Of a stretch of DNA of 39,902 bases, positions 15,497 through 25,700 are shown piece after piece (the first letter of the stretch is position 1; each line of letters opens with the position of its first letter). The stretch is taken from positions 1-39,902 of the forward strand of contig JAZSMZ010000100.1 of assembly GCA_045536155.1 (NCBI GenBank), given 5' to 3'. The notes beneath the pieces are model-generated. The model made no database searches. It was not told the DNA's origin and saw nothing but the letters and a program-made list of their open reading frames with translations. Origin of the DNA: Eubacteriales bacterium. Lineage in GTDB: Bacteria > Bacillota > Clostridia > Oscillospirales > CAG-272. The translations under genes were made by a program, and so were the position numbers.

Positions 15497-16519
15497 TTAT
15501 TTAAGTTCAATTATCTCGTATCCCGCCGCCTTTACCATTCGATTGAACACGGCAAGGCCTACGCCCTCACGCGAGGGCATTCTCGCATAAATCGTGCCAA
15601 CTCCGTCAAGATCGCGAAGGGCGGCGAAAAGGCGGTGCGCCTGGGTGAGGTGATCGTTCTTATCGCCGAGCGACATTGCGTGATCGCGGCAAAGAAGGCA
15701 TTTATCGCCGTCGTAACAGAGAATCGCGCAATCGGTCTTATCGGCAAGATATTCATACACGCTTTCGTCGTCACCGTCGAGCATGACCACCTTCGATTTC
15801 GGCGCATAGTGGCGGTATTTCATACCGGGAGCCAAGGGACGGGCGTCCGATTTTTGTGTAACAGAGGCATCAACGACAATATTGTCGCACACATCGCGCA
15901 GCATCTCGATCGTCACGGCACCGGGACGGAGCAGATATATCTTGTCCTCTTTGGGCATAACGATGGTCGATTCGAGCCCGATCTCGCTGTCCCCGCCGTC
16001 GATGATGCAGTCAACGCGGCCGTACATATCCTCGAGCACGTGGCGTAAAGTGGTCGGGCTGGGACTGCCCGATATATTTGCCGACGGAGCGGCGATGGGG
16101 AGTCCCGATTTTTCAATCAGCTTGCGGGCGATCCTGTTCGAGGGCACGCGCACCGCAACGCTGTCAAGTCCGCCCGTCGTTGTATCGGGGACTATCGGCT
16201 CGCCATTTTCGTTGTATTTTTTGGGAAGGATGACGGTGATCGGTCCCGGCATAAAGCGCGCGGCGAGCTTTTTGTACATCTCGTTTACGATGCAGTATTT
16301 TTCGACATCGTCGGCCGATGCAAGGTGGCAGATGAGCGGATTGTCCGACGGTCTGCCCTTGGCAGCGTAAATTTTCGCCGAAGCTGTCGAATCGAGGGCG
16401 TTTGCCCCAAGTCCGTACACCGTTTCGGTCGGGAAAATGACAAGGCCGCCCTGCCTTATGATCTCGGCGCCCGTTTCAATCTCTTTTTCACTGATGATCT
16501 TCGTATCTAAAGCTTCCAT
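15497..16519 (-). CDS. sua5: L-threonylcarbamoyladenylate synthase (Sua5/TsaC2)
   Basis: FPTETVYGLGA, KGRPSDNPLICH, AAPSANISG, APGMKYRHYAP (SUA5 domain). Confidence 0.95.
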   Translation of the reverse strand: MEALDTKIISEKEIETGAEIIRQGGLVIFPTETVYGLGANALDSTASAKIYAAKGRPSDNPLICHLASADDVEKYCIVNEMYKKLAARFMPGPITVILPKKYNENGEPIVPDTTTGGLDSVAVRVPSNRIARKLIEKSGLPIAAPSANISGSPSPTTLRHVLEDMYGRVDCIIDGGDSEIGLESTIVMPKEDKIYLLRPGAVTIEMLRDVCDNIVVDASVTQKSDARPLAPGMKYRHYAPKSKVVMLDGDDESVYEYLADKTDCAILCYDGDKCLLCRDHAMSLGDKNDHLTQAHRLFAALRDLDGVGTIYARMPSREGVGLAVFNRMVKAAGYEIIELK

Positions 16520-16708
16520 TGTAAAACATCACTTTTTAAAATTATTATACCGATTATATCACACAGTTTTTGCGATGTCAATATTGACCTCCCGCCGCCT
16601 TGACGGATATGGGTGAAAAAATTTACAAATATCGTTTGCATTAATCCTTCATTTGTAATATAATAACCTAAATGGCAAAAAAACAAGCTAAAATACTATC
16701 AGTAAGGA

Positions 16709-17056
16709 ATGTTTGAAAAAATGATCAATCTTTTATTGACCGCCACCACCGGCGATGCTACTACCACGCCTACCGCAGGTTCTCCCTGGATTACTCTTAT
16801 CATGCTCGGCGCGCTTCTTCTCTTCTTCTATTTCATCATCTACCGTCCCCAGAAGAAGCAGGAAAAGCAGGTAAACGAAATGCGCAACAGCCTTGCTGTC
16901 GGCGATGAGATCACTACCACCGGCGGCATTATCGGACGTGTTGTTTCCATCAAGGACGAGACTCTTGTTCTCGAAACCAGCGCAGAGCGCACCAAGATCC
17001 GCATTCTCCGCTCTTCCGTACGTTCTATCGACGTTAAGGCTGACGACGCTCAATAA
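16709..17056 (+). CDS. yajC: Preprotein translocase subunit YajC
   Basis: FFYFIIYRPQKKQEK...LAVGDEITTTGGIIGRV. Confidence 0.93.
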   Translation: MFEKMINLLLTATTGDATTTPTAGSPWITLIMLGALLLFFYFIIYRPQKKQEKQVNEMRNSLAVGDEITTTGGIIGRVVSIKDETLVLETSAERTKIRILRSSVRSIDVKADDAQ

Positions 17057-17131
17057 TCGGTAAAAAAGAGATAAAATTTCTCCCGCACGCATATATTTGT
17101 TTTAAGAATATATGTTGCGGGAGGATTTTTT

Positions 17132-17548
17132 ATGGATACCAAGGCCGTTCGTAATATTGTGACGGCAACCGCCCTTTCATACGGCGTACTGCTTATTATC
17201 CTGCTTATTTCGGGAATTTTTCTGCCATCAATGGCCGATCCCGACAAAGCAATTAAACTGATAGGGTCAGCTATGTTCTTTGGCGGCGCTTTTCTTGCCG
17301 GACTTGCCTCGTCAAAGCTCAATTCTTCTTTTCTGTCTTCTCTTTTTTCGGGCGCGCTCTATCTTTTGGTGATCTTTGCGATAGGCCTGTTTTTCAAAGG
17401 CGACAAAAGTGCTTCGGCACAGATTCTGTACAACATCATCGCCCTTGCCTTTTCCCTGCTCGGCGGTTTTGCGGCAAGCTTTAAAAGAAAAAAGCGTATT
17501 TCCCCGAAAAAGATACGGGACAAGGCCCGCCGACGCGTACAAAGATGA
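17132..17548 (+). CDS. 4-TM membrane protein (TIGR04086/YrzE-like)
   Basis: Four TM helices with GGxxAG motifs and a basic tail; position after yajC is typical of Clostridia. Confidence 0.65.
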   Translation: MDTKAVRNIVTATALSYGVLLIILLISGIFLPSMADPDKAIKLIGSAMFFGGAFLAGLASSKLNSSFLSSLFSGALYLLVIFAIGLFFKGDKSASAQILYNIIALAFSLLGGFAASFKRKKRISPKKIRDKARRRVQR

Positions 17549-17709
17549 TGCGGAGAAAACAGCCGACGAGAATCGGCTGTTTTTTTCATGCATTTGCACT
17601 CGTTTTATTGACTTTTTTTGCTTTGTGTGATACAATTAATTAAATATAATCACATGATTATTGCATTTTTTTCAAAATCAACACTTTATTTTAAAGAAGG
17701 AATATAAAA

Positions 17710-18969
17710 ATGATTCAAAAACCCCGTGGAACGATCGACATTCTTCCGTCCGAATCGCCCCTTTGGCGATATATTGAGGAAAGCGCGCGCCGCGTGTCCG
17801 CTCTTCGCGGATTCGGCGAGATCCGCTTCCCCACCTTTGAAGCAACCGAGCTTTTCAATCGCGGTGTGGGCGATACCACCGACGTCGTTCAAAAGGAAAT
17901 GTACACCTTCACCGACCGTGAAAACCGCTCGCTTACCCTCCGTCCCGAGGGTACTGCATGCGTGGCACGCAGCGTTGTTGAAAACAAGCTTTACGCCGAC
18001 GCTATGCCCTTAAAGCTTTACTATCTGACAAGCTGTTTCAGATACGAAAAGCCGCAGGCAGGACGCAGCCGCGAGTTCTATCAATTCGGTGCCGAAATGT
18101 TCGGCGCATCATCGCCTATGGCAGACGCCGAAATAATCGCACTGGCCGATGCGATACTGCGCGAGATCGGCATTGACAACACCTCGCTGCACATCAACTC
18201 GATCGGATGTCCCGAGTGCCGTCCGAAATACCGCGCCGCGCTCTACGATTATTTTGAAGGTCACAAGGAGGAGCTCTGCGACACCTGCCGCGGACGTCTT
18301 GACACTAATCCTCTCCGCATACTCGACTGCAAGAGTCCCGTCTGCTCGGAGATCGCAAAGAATGCTCCCAAGACTATCGACTATCTCTGCCCCGACTGCG
18401 CCGCTCATCTCGAGGCGCTCAAAAAGGCACTTGATAAGCTTGGCATTGCATATTCCATCGACACAAAGATCGTTCGCGGTCTTGACTATTATACTCGAAC
18501 CGTATTCGAATTTATCGCCGAGGACATCGGCGCGCAGAGCACCGTTTGCGGCGGCGGGCGCTACGACGGACTTATCGAGGAGGTTGGCGGTCCCGCAACG
18601 CCCGGTATCGGCTTTGCAATGGGCATTACCCGTCTTATCCTCGCCCTGCAGAACAAAAAGGATGCCGAATTGAAGGCCTGTCCCCCCCTGCTCTACGTTG
18701 CCCCTCTCGGCGAGAGTGCATCTGTTTACGCAATGGCAACGGTTGAGTCACTCCGCAACAGCGGAATCTATGCCGAATGCGACGTTGTCGGACGCTCGCT
18801 CAAGGCTCAGATGAAATATGCCGACAAGATCTCTGCCGCCTATACCCTTATCATCGGTGACGGCGAGCTTGAATGCGGCAAGGCCAAGCTCAAGAACATG
18901 AGCACAAGTGAGCAGACCGAGATCGATATAAACGATATCGATGCTCTCAAAGCGATCCTCGTTAAATAA
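17710..18969 (+). CDS. hisS: Histidine--tRNA ligase
   Basis: KPRGT, KEMYTF, LRPEGTA, FRYEKPQAGR, VRGLDYYT, GGGRYDGL. Confidence 0.97.
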   Translation: MIQKPRGTIDILPSESPLWRYIEESARRVSALRGFGEIRFPTFEATELFNRGVGDTTDVVQKEMYTFTDRENRSLTLRPEGTACVARSVVENKLYADAMPLKLYYLTSCFRYEKPQAGRSREFYQFGAEMFGASSPMADAEIIALADAILREIGIDNTSLHINSIGCPECRPKYRAALYDYFEGHKEELCDTCRGRLDTNPLRILDCKSPVCSEIAKNAPKTIDYLCPDCAAHLEALKKALDKLGIAYSIDTKIVRGLDYYTRTVFEFIAEDIGAQSTVCGGGRYDGLIEEVGGPATPGIGFAMGITRLILALQNKKDAELKACPPLLYVAPLGESASVYAMATVESLRNSGIYAECDVVGRSLKAQMKYADKISAAYTLIIGDGELECGKAKLKNMSTSEQTEIDINDIDALKAILVK

Positions 18970-19007
18970 TTACTGATAATACATCTTCATTTTAAGGAGT
19001 AACCGTC

Positions 19008-20801
19008 ATGGGTGAATTATATACTAACAATGACAGACGAACCGCATTTTGCGGTGAGTTCAGAAAAGAACACATCGGTCAGCGAGTCAATGTTGTCGGC
19101 TGGGCACAGCGTCAGCGCGACCTCGGCAGCCTTATTTCCATCGACCTGCGCGACCGCACGGGTATCGTACAGCTCGCATTCGACGACCAGACCGAAAAGT
19201 CTATCCACGATATGGCATTCAAGGTGCGCGCCGAGTTCGTTATCGCCGCCAAGGGTGTCGTTCGTATGCGCTCGTCTATTAACCCCAACATCCCCACCGG
19301 TGATATAGAGATCGCCGTTGACGAGATGAAGGTGCTTTCCGAATCGGAAACACCTCCCTTCGAGATCGTTGAAAACAGCGACGTTCGTCCCGAGCTTCGC
19401 TTAAAGCACCGCTACCTCGATCTTCGCCGTCCCGACTTGCAGGGCAACATTATCGCCCGCGCAAAGATCTCCAATCTTGCACGCAACTATTTTGCCGAAA
19501 ACGATTTTATCGATATCGAAACCCCCGATCTTATCAAGCCTACTCCCGAAGGCGCACGCGACTATCTCGTCCCTTCCCGAGTTCATCCCGGCAAGTTCTA
19601 TGCACTTCCCCAGTCTCCTCAGGTCTATAAGCAGCTTCTGATGCTCTCCGGCTTTGACCGCTATTTCCAGATCGCACGCTGCTTCAGAGATGAAGACCTT
19701 CGCGCAGACCGTCAGCCCGAATTTACCCAGATCGACCTTGAGATGTCCTTTGTAACCGAAGATCAGGTCATGGAGGTCGTTGAGGGATTCCTTGTTCGTC
19801 TGTTCAAGGAATTCAAGGGAATCGATCTTCCCACTCCTATACTCCGTATGCCCTACGTTGAAGCAATGAACCGTTTCGGTTCGGACAAGCCCGATATGCG
19901 TTTCGGTATGGAGCTGTGCGACCTTTCCGATATCGCCGCAAAGTGCGAATTCAAGGTATTCCGCGGCGCTGTTGAGGCAGGCGGAAGCGTTCGTGCCATC
20001 TGTGTTGAAGGCGGAGCCGACAAGTTCTCCCGCAAGGAGATCGATGCGCTTACCGAATGGGTAAAAACCTACCGCGCCAAGGGTATGGCATGGTACAAGT
20101 GCTCCGGCGGCACCGTTTCATCCTCCTATGCAAAATTCCTCACCGAGGAAGAGAATGCGGCAATACTCGAAAAGGTCGGATTCAAGGATGGCGATTTGCT
20201 TTGCATCATCGCTGACAAGAATCAGGTAGTATTCGACTCGCTCGGCGCTCTCCGCTGCGAGATTGCAAAGCGTCTCGGTCTTATCAAGAAGGACGACTAC
20301 AAGCTTCTCTGGGTGACCGAGTTCCCGCTTCTCGAATACAGCGAAGAGGAAGATCGCTACGTTTCAAAGCATCATCCCTTCACAATGCCTATGGCAGAAG
20401 ACCTTCAGTATCTTGACAGCGATCCCGGTCGCGTACGCTCCATCGCATACGATATCGTAATCAACGGCAGCGAAGCCGGCGGCGGATCGGTACGTATCCA
20501 CCGTCCCGACATTCAGGCCAAGATGTTTGAAGTTCTCGGTCTCAGCAAGGAAGAAACCGACCTCAAGTTCGGCTTCCTGCTTGAAGCTTTCAAATACGGC
20601 ACTCCTCCCCATGCAGGTCTTGCATTCGGTCTCGACCGTCTCGTTGCTCTCATGCTCGGCATTGAGGACATCCGCGAAGTAATCGCCTTCCCCAAGGTTC
20701 AGAACGCTTCCGAGCTTATGACAGCCTGCCCCGCGCCCGCCGACGAAAAGGCTCTTGCCGAGCTTTCCATATCGGTCGCCGCAACGGAAGAAAACGAATA
20801 A
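19008..20801 (+). CDS. aspS: Aspartate--tRNA ligase
   Basis: DLRDRTG, TPEGARDYLVP, ALPQSPQ, RDEDLRADRQPEFTQID, HHPFT, PPHAGLAFGLDR. Confidence 0.97.
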   Translation: MGELYTNNDRRTAFCGEFRKEHIGQRVNVVGWAQRQRDLGSLISIDLRDRTGIVQLAFDDQTEKSIHDMAFKVRAEFVIAAKGVVRMRSSINPNIPTGDIEIAVDEMKVLSESETPPFEIVENSDVRPELRLKHRYLDLRRPDLQGNIIARAKISNLARNYFAENDFIDIETPDLIKPTPEGARDYLVPSRVHPGKFYALPQSPQVYKQLLMLSGFDRYFQIARCFRDEDLRADRQPEFTQIDLEMSFVTEDQVMEVVEGFLVRLFKEFKGIDLPTPILRMPYVEAMNRFGSDKPDMRFGMELCDLSDIAAKCEFKVFRGAVEAGGSVRAICVEGGADKFSRKEIDALTEWVKTYRAKGMAWYKCSGGTVSSSYAKFLTEEENAAILEKVGFKDGDLLCIIADKNQVVFDSLGALRCEIAKRLGLIKKDDYKLLWVTEFPLLEYSEEEDRYVSKHHPFTMPMAEDLQYLDSDPGRVRSIAYDIVINGSEAGGGSVRIHRPDIQAKMFEVLGLSKEETDLKFGFLLEAFKYGTPPHAGLAFGLDRLVALMLGIEDIREVIAFPKVQNASELMTACPAPADEKALAELSISVAATEENE

Positions 20802-20816
20802 TCACATTATCACACG

Positions 20817-20862
20817 AAAGATGGCACAAAAAAGTGCCATCTTTTTTTGATGGCACTTTTTT
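20817..20862. terminator. Bidirectional terminator with overlapping alternative stems
   Basis: AAAGATGGCAC-aaaaaa-GTGCCATCTTTT; alternative stem AAAAAAGTGCCATC...GATGGCACTTTTTT. Confidence 0.7.
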
Positions 20863-20864
20863 AT

Positions 20865-21314
20865 TTATTCGATCTCCGTTACCGATATGCTGCCAATGAT
20901 CCTTTTGACACCCTCATCATCAAGCGATATTTTTCTGTCGCCGTTTTGAAGAAGTATCATCACCTGGATCGTGCATCCGTCCTGTTTTGTATCCAGAATA
21001 ATGTACGGATATCCCAGACTCGTGCAGGAAAAACCGTTCCATGTGTTTTTACCTACGGTAAATGGTTCTATATCGCAGACATCGTCGTAAAAGAATTTTG
21101 GTGAAAGATAGTATTCACTTTTGCCGTACATACAGACAGTAATACCTGCATGAGTGAAAATATCGACATCAACAGAGGCATCCTTATATACGTGCACCTT
21201 TTTCGGCGTTTTTTTACCATCGCTGTCAAGGCTTGAAAACACCTTCCAGCATTCGGGCACATCAAGCTCAATGCATCCGTTGGAAAATACGGTATCAGTC
21301 ATTATCATGACCAT
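20865..21314 (-). CDS. Hypothetical protein (PsbP/DUF1795-like size and pattern)
   Basis: ORF with ELDVPECWK start pattern; start codon uncertain. Confidence 0.6.
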   Translation of the reverse strand: MVMIMTDTVFSNGCIELDVPECWKVFSSLDSDGKKTPKKVHVYKDASVDVDIFTHAGITVCMYGKSEYYLSPKFFYDDVCDIEPFTVGKNTWNGFSCTSLGYPYIILDTKQDGCTIQVMILLQNGDRKISLDDEGVKRIIGSISVTEIE

Positions 21315-21412
21315 AGCTTTCGCCTCTCGAAAGCTTCCTTTCTCGCGGAATTTGGACCGTTTTTCGAAGTAAAGCCGCCGATTCAATGAGAAACGTCACA
21401 AAATATCGTTTC

Positions 21413-22174
21413 TTACTTCTGAACACTCGCCAAAGCGACGTCGGCCTTTTCTATCCAGCGTGTTCTGTCGCCGTACTGCATAACATCCAGTGCCTCAACG
21501 GTTTCCTCGGCGACGGTCTCGTCAACATTGCCCTCTTTAACGGCATTAATTGCGCCGGCAACCGCCTTTATGGCATTCATCTGTTTTTTGAATGTGTTGC
21601 CTATATTGCCAAGAGTCTTTTGGATTCCAAAGAGTGTATCAAAATATTTTGCAACCGAATTGTATGCTTTTTCACCGGCAACGCCTATACGGAATTCATA
21701 AAGTCCGGCAACGTTGTGGAAGAGCAAGCGGCAATAGTGCTTCGTTTCCTCTTTACCATCGGAATTCTTAACCGTTTCATATTCGTAGTCATATCCATAC
21801 AGGTCGGCAATACGATAAACGCAAGCATGCTGTGTTTTGCCGAATATGAAGATCTTATAACGGTTTTCAACGAGTGCTATAAGTCCGGTTGATTCCGAAA
21901 CGACAATTTCGGGAGTGGTTCCGATTCTCTTCAGCTTTTCTTCCTTATTCTTGGTCTTCTGAAGGGGCAAGAAAATCTGATTGAACACCTTGGTTCCGTA
22001 TTCAACTTGCTCGATATGGGATTTTACCGAATCGAGTGTTGCCGAAACCTTGTCAAAATACTTCAGACACCTTTTTGAACAAACCTTGCGGCATATATAA
22101 TTGCCGTCAGCTAATTTCTGTTCGGTGAGAAGATTGAGTTCTGCTCCGCAGATTGCACAAGTATGCTTTGCCAT
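21413..22174 (-). CDS. Zn-ribbon protein, DUF4428-like
   Basis: CAICGAELNLL...KLADGNYICRKVC; RBS AGGAGG. Confidence 0.75.
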   Translation of the reverse strand: MAKHTCAICGAELNLLTEQKLADGNYICRKVCSKRCLKYFDKVSATLDSVKSHIEQVEYGTKVFNQIFLPLQKTKNKEEKLKRIGTTPEIVVSESTGLIALVENRYKIFIFGKTQHACVYRIADLYGYDYEYETVKNSDGKEETKHYCRLLFHNVAGLYEFRIGVAGEKAYNSVAKYFDTLFGIQKTLGNIGNTFKKQMNAIKAVAGAINAVKEGNVDETVAEETVEALDVMQYGDRTRWIEKADVALASVQK

Positions 22175-22231
22175 AGTTTTTCCTCCTGTATTTATATTAA
22201 AATTGGGTTGACTATAATGATGTTCTATCGA

Positions 22232-22666
22232 TCACTCGGCTTTGGTATAGCGTGACAGCATAACGTTAAGATATCCATCCTCGCTTCCTTTTGTCCAATC
22301 GTCTTCGCCCATGCCCGTGCTATACCAGAATTCGCCGTCGCGTTCTTCCCAACCCATCTGTCCGCCGCTTATCATGCCTCGGCGCAAAACGATTCCGCCC
22401 GAGCTGACCGCTTCGTCTACTTCTTCTTTAGTTACCCCCTCCGGTAACGGAATGAGCATGTAAAGACTTCCGTCTTCGCAAATTTCTATTTTCGAGCCGA
22501 TTATCTGCTTTCTTTCCTTGATTTCATCGGCCACTGCCTCTTCATCCGATTCATCGATGTAGGGCATTGGAGATTTGAGATACTCCTCCGCATTGAGATA
22601 TACAAACTCGTCAGATTCGTTCATTGTTCTGATCGAATCAAAATTCCAAATTCCAACGTATTTCAT
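22232..22666 (-). CDS. Acidic hypothetical protein
   Basis: RBS AAGGAGAG; co-oriented within the cluster. Confidence 0.75.
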   Translation of the reverse strand: MKYVGIWNFDSIRTMNESDEFVYLNAEEYLKSPMPYIDESDEEAVADEIKERKQIIGSKIEICEDGSLYMLIPLPEGVTKEEVDEAVSSGGIVLRRGMISGGQMGWEERDGEFWYSTGMGEDDWTKGSEDGYLNVMLSRYTKAE

Positions 22667-22705
22667 ATTAGCTCTCCTTATGCTGTTTTGATATTAATTA
22701 TTTAC

Positions 22706-25700
22706 TTAATCTTCTTTTTTCTTTTTCGTCAAAACCGCAATAATCGCGATCAGGCAGCCAATGACAACAGCACCCGACGATCCGATCAGGTAAGGCGCCA
22801 GCTTCGACACATCTGACGTATTATCGCCGTCATCGGTTTCACTATCATCGGCAACATTGGTGGTATCCTTTACCGTAATGTATCCGCAATCATCGCACCT
22901 ATTATCTGAATCGGCATCTGTATGATTGCCATCGCCGCAATCCTTCCATACAGGCACAAGCTCGACATTTCCGGTAAGCTTATCGCCTCGTTTTACCGTT
23001 TCACCCGTTGCTTTGTCTACCCAACCCTCAAAGATATTTCCGTCTTCTTTTGGCGAAAGAGTGGGAAGCTCGGGAACCTTATTGTCTTTGCCCGAAGAAA
23101 GCATTTCCTTCACCGATGTATCTTTACCGTCCGACGGCGTATCGGGAGTATCACCGGTGTCGGGGGTTATAACGGGACGAGTGGGCAGCTTCGACACATC
23201 CTCGGGAATGGTAATTACAAACTTATCCTCAGGCTTTGTCAGCATGGGGATACTCTCTTTGAGCACATATCCGCATATCTTGCATTCTCTCTGCTTTTCG
23301 CCCTCAAAGGTATATCCGGCTTTTATAACAGTATTCCATTCGCCCATTTTGTGAGAGGACTGATCTTTTGTTTCGTGGCATCTCGAGCACTCTTTGTAGT
23401 GTCCGTCTGCGTCGCCGCTGTATACAAAATCATGACCCAAAGCGGCCTTTTCGGAATCGGTCCAGCTATGACCGCACGAACAGCTGTGAGTTGTATATCC
23501 GGCAGTAAGACAGTCGGGATTTACAACGGTGTCGGTATATTCGTGCTTATGTCCGCCGCTGAGACTGGGAATTGCTTCCTCTTTTTCATAGCCGCAATCA
23601 AGACATTCCTTGCTAATAATTCCTTCTTCACCGTCGGTCGCCTCTTTTACGACAACACCCGATCCGAAGATATGGACATCGGCATCGAGTCTTACTGAGC
23701 ATCCTTCGCTGCACACTCTCCAGTGCTCATTCTCGTCGTAATCAAATTCAAGCTCATCGGTGATGCAATGATTGCCCTCGGTGCAGTAGTGGCTCTTCCA
23801 TTCGTTACTTTCAATGCAAACTCCATGGTCGCATCCGTAATCGAGCGACAGCTCGGCACAGCAATCCTCGCACATATCACAGTCGGAGCAGGTATCGGCG
23901 CAGTTTTCGCATTTTCCGCATTCGGCACATACCGCAGCGCAGTCTGCGCACAGCTCACCGCAATCAGAGCAGAGATTGTCAATGCAATCGGAGCAATAAT
24001 GGCAGTCATCGCACATCTCATCGGCACAATCTATACACTTGCCGCAGTCGGGACAATATTCATTCGAGCAATCGCCGCATCTCTGGCAATCCTCGCACCA
24101 ATATTCGGCACAATCGTAGCAAATGAGTCCGCAGTCGGTGCAGATATCGGCACAGCTTACGCATTTCTGGCAATCCTCGCACCATGTATCCTCACCGGCG
24201 CATTCGCGGCAAAGTCCGCAGTCGGTGCAGAATTCGTCGGTACACGAGCTGCACTTTTCGCCGCAATCGGGACACATATCGGCGCAGTTTTCACATCCCT
24301 CGCCGCACACACAGGCAATTGCACAGTTTCCGCAAACTCCACATCCCGAGCAGAATCCATCTGCATCGGAGCAATCGCGGCAAAGTCCGCAATCGGAGCA
24401 GAACTCATCCGCACAGTTGGAGCACTTCTCGCCGCATTCCATACATACGTCCGCACAGTTTGTACATCCCTCGCCGCATGAGCAAACCATCTCGGCGCAG
24501 GAGTTACAGAGTGAACACTGTGCACAGAAGTTGCTTTCTCCCATACAGCTCATGCAAATGCCGCAGTCAACGCATATCTCCCCCTCCGAACACTGGTCAC
24601 AGTGCTCGCCGCATTCGGAACAAACAACAGAGCAAGAGGAGCATCCCATTCCGCAGTAGCATACCATTTCGGTGCAGTTTTTACAAAGCTGACAGTTGTC
24701 GCAGAAGTGTCCCTCGCCGCCCGCGCAGTCGCGGCAGATACCGCAATCGACGCAAAGCTCATCGGATGCACAGTTTGAACACTTTTCGCCGCATTCCGGG
24801 CAGATTTCTGCACAGTAGGAACAGCCATCACTGCACCCTACGCAGATATAATCTACACAGAACTTGCAAACACTGCAGTTGGAGCAGAAATCGTCTTCGC
24901 CGCCGACACAGTCACGGCACGTGCCACATTCTACACACAATTCGTCGGGTGCACAGTTAGAGCACTTTTCCCCGCACTCCTCGCATATTACCTCGGCGCA
25001 TTGATTACATCCGTTGCCGCAGGCACACAACACCTCAACGCATTCACCGCATTCGCCGCATTCGGCACAAAAATCACCGCCGGCACAGTCAAAACAGCGT
25101 TCGCACTCGTCGCAAAGTTCGTCGTCGGCACAATTTTCGCATTTTTCGCCGCAAGCAACACAGATAATCGAGCATTCCGAGCATCCATTGCCGCAGTAGC
25201 AGATTTGCTCAACACAGTTTTTGCAGTATCCGCAATCGGAACAATAATTACCCTCGCCGCCAACGCAGTCAAAGCAGGTTCCACACTCTATACAGATCGC
25301 ATCCTCTGCGCAGGCAGTGCATTTTTCACCGCATTCAGTACATACATATGAACATTCTGAGCATCCGTTGCCGCAGGCACAGACGTATTCCACGCACATT
25401 TTGCATAAGCCGCACTCGGCACAATAGTTTCCTTCGCCGCCTCGGCATTCGAAGCACACTTCACAGTCGCCGCAAAGCTGATCATCAGCGCAGTTTTCGC
25501 ACAGCGCACCGCACTCGGAGCATACAATGGCACACTCCGTACAGCCTTCACCGCATCCTACACAGACCTGATCTACGCAGAATTTACAAAGGTCGCAGTT
25601 AGCACAGTAATTTCCATCACCGCCCACGCAGTCAAAGCAGACTCCGCAGTCCTGGCAAATGCCACCGTCTGCGCACATTTCACATTTTTCACTGCACGAT

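Noticed and set aside
17549-17709. T-box riboswitch upstream of hisS-aspS
   Set aside because: The leader is short and AT-rich, with no T-box consensus or terminator downstream of the apparent promoter.
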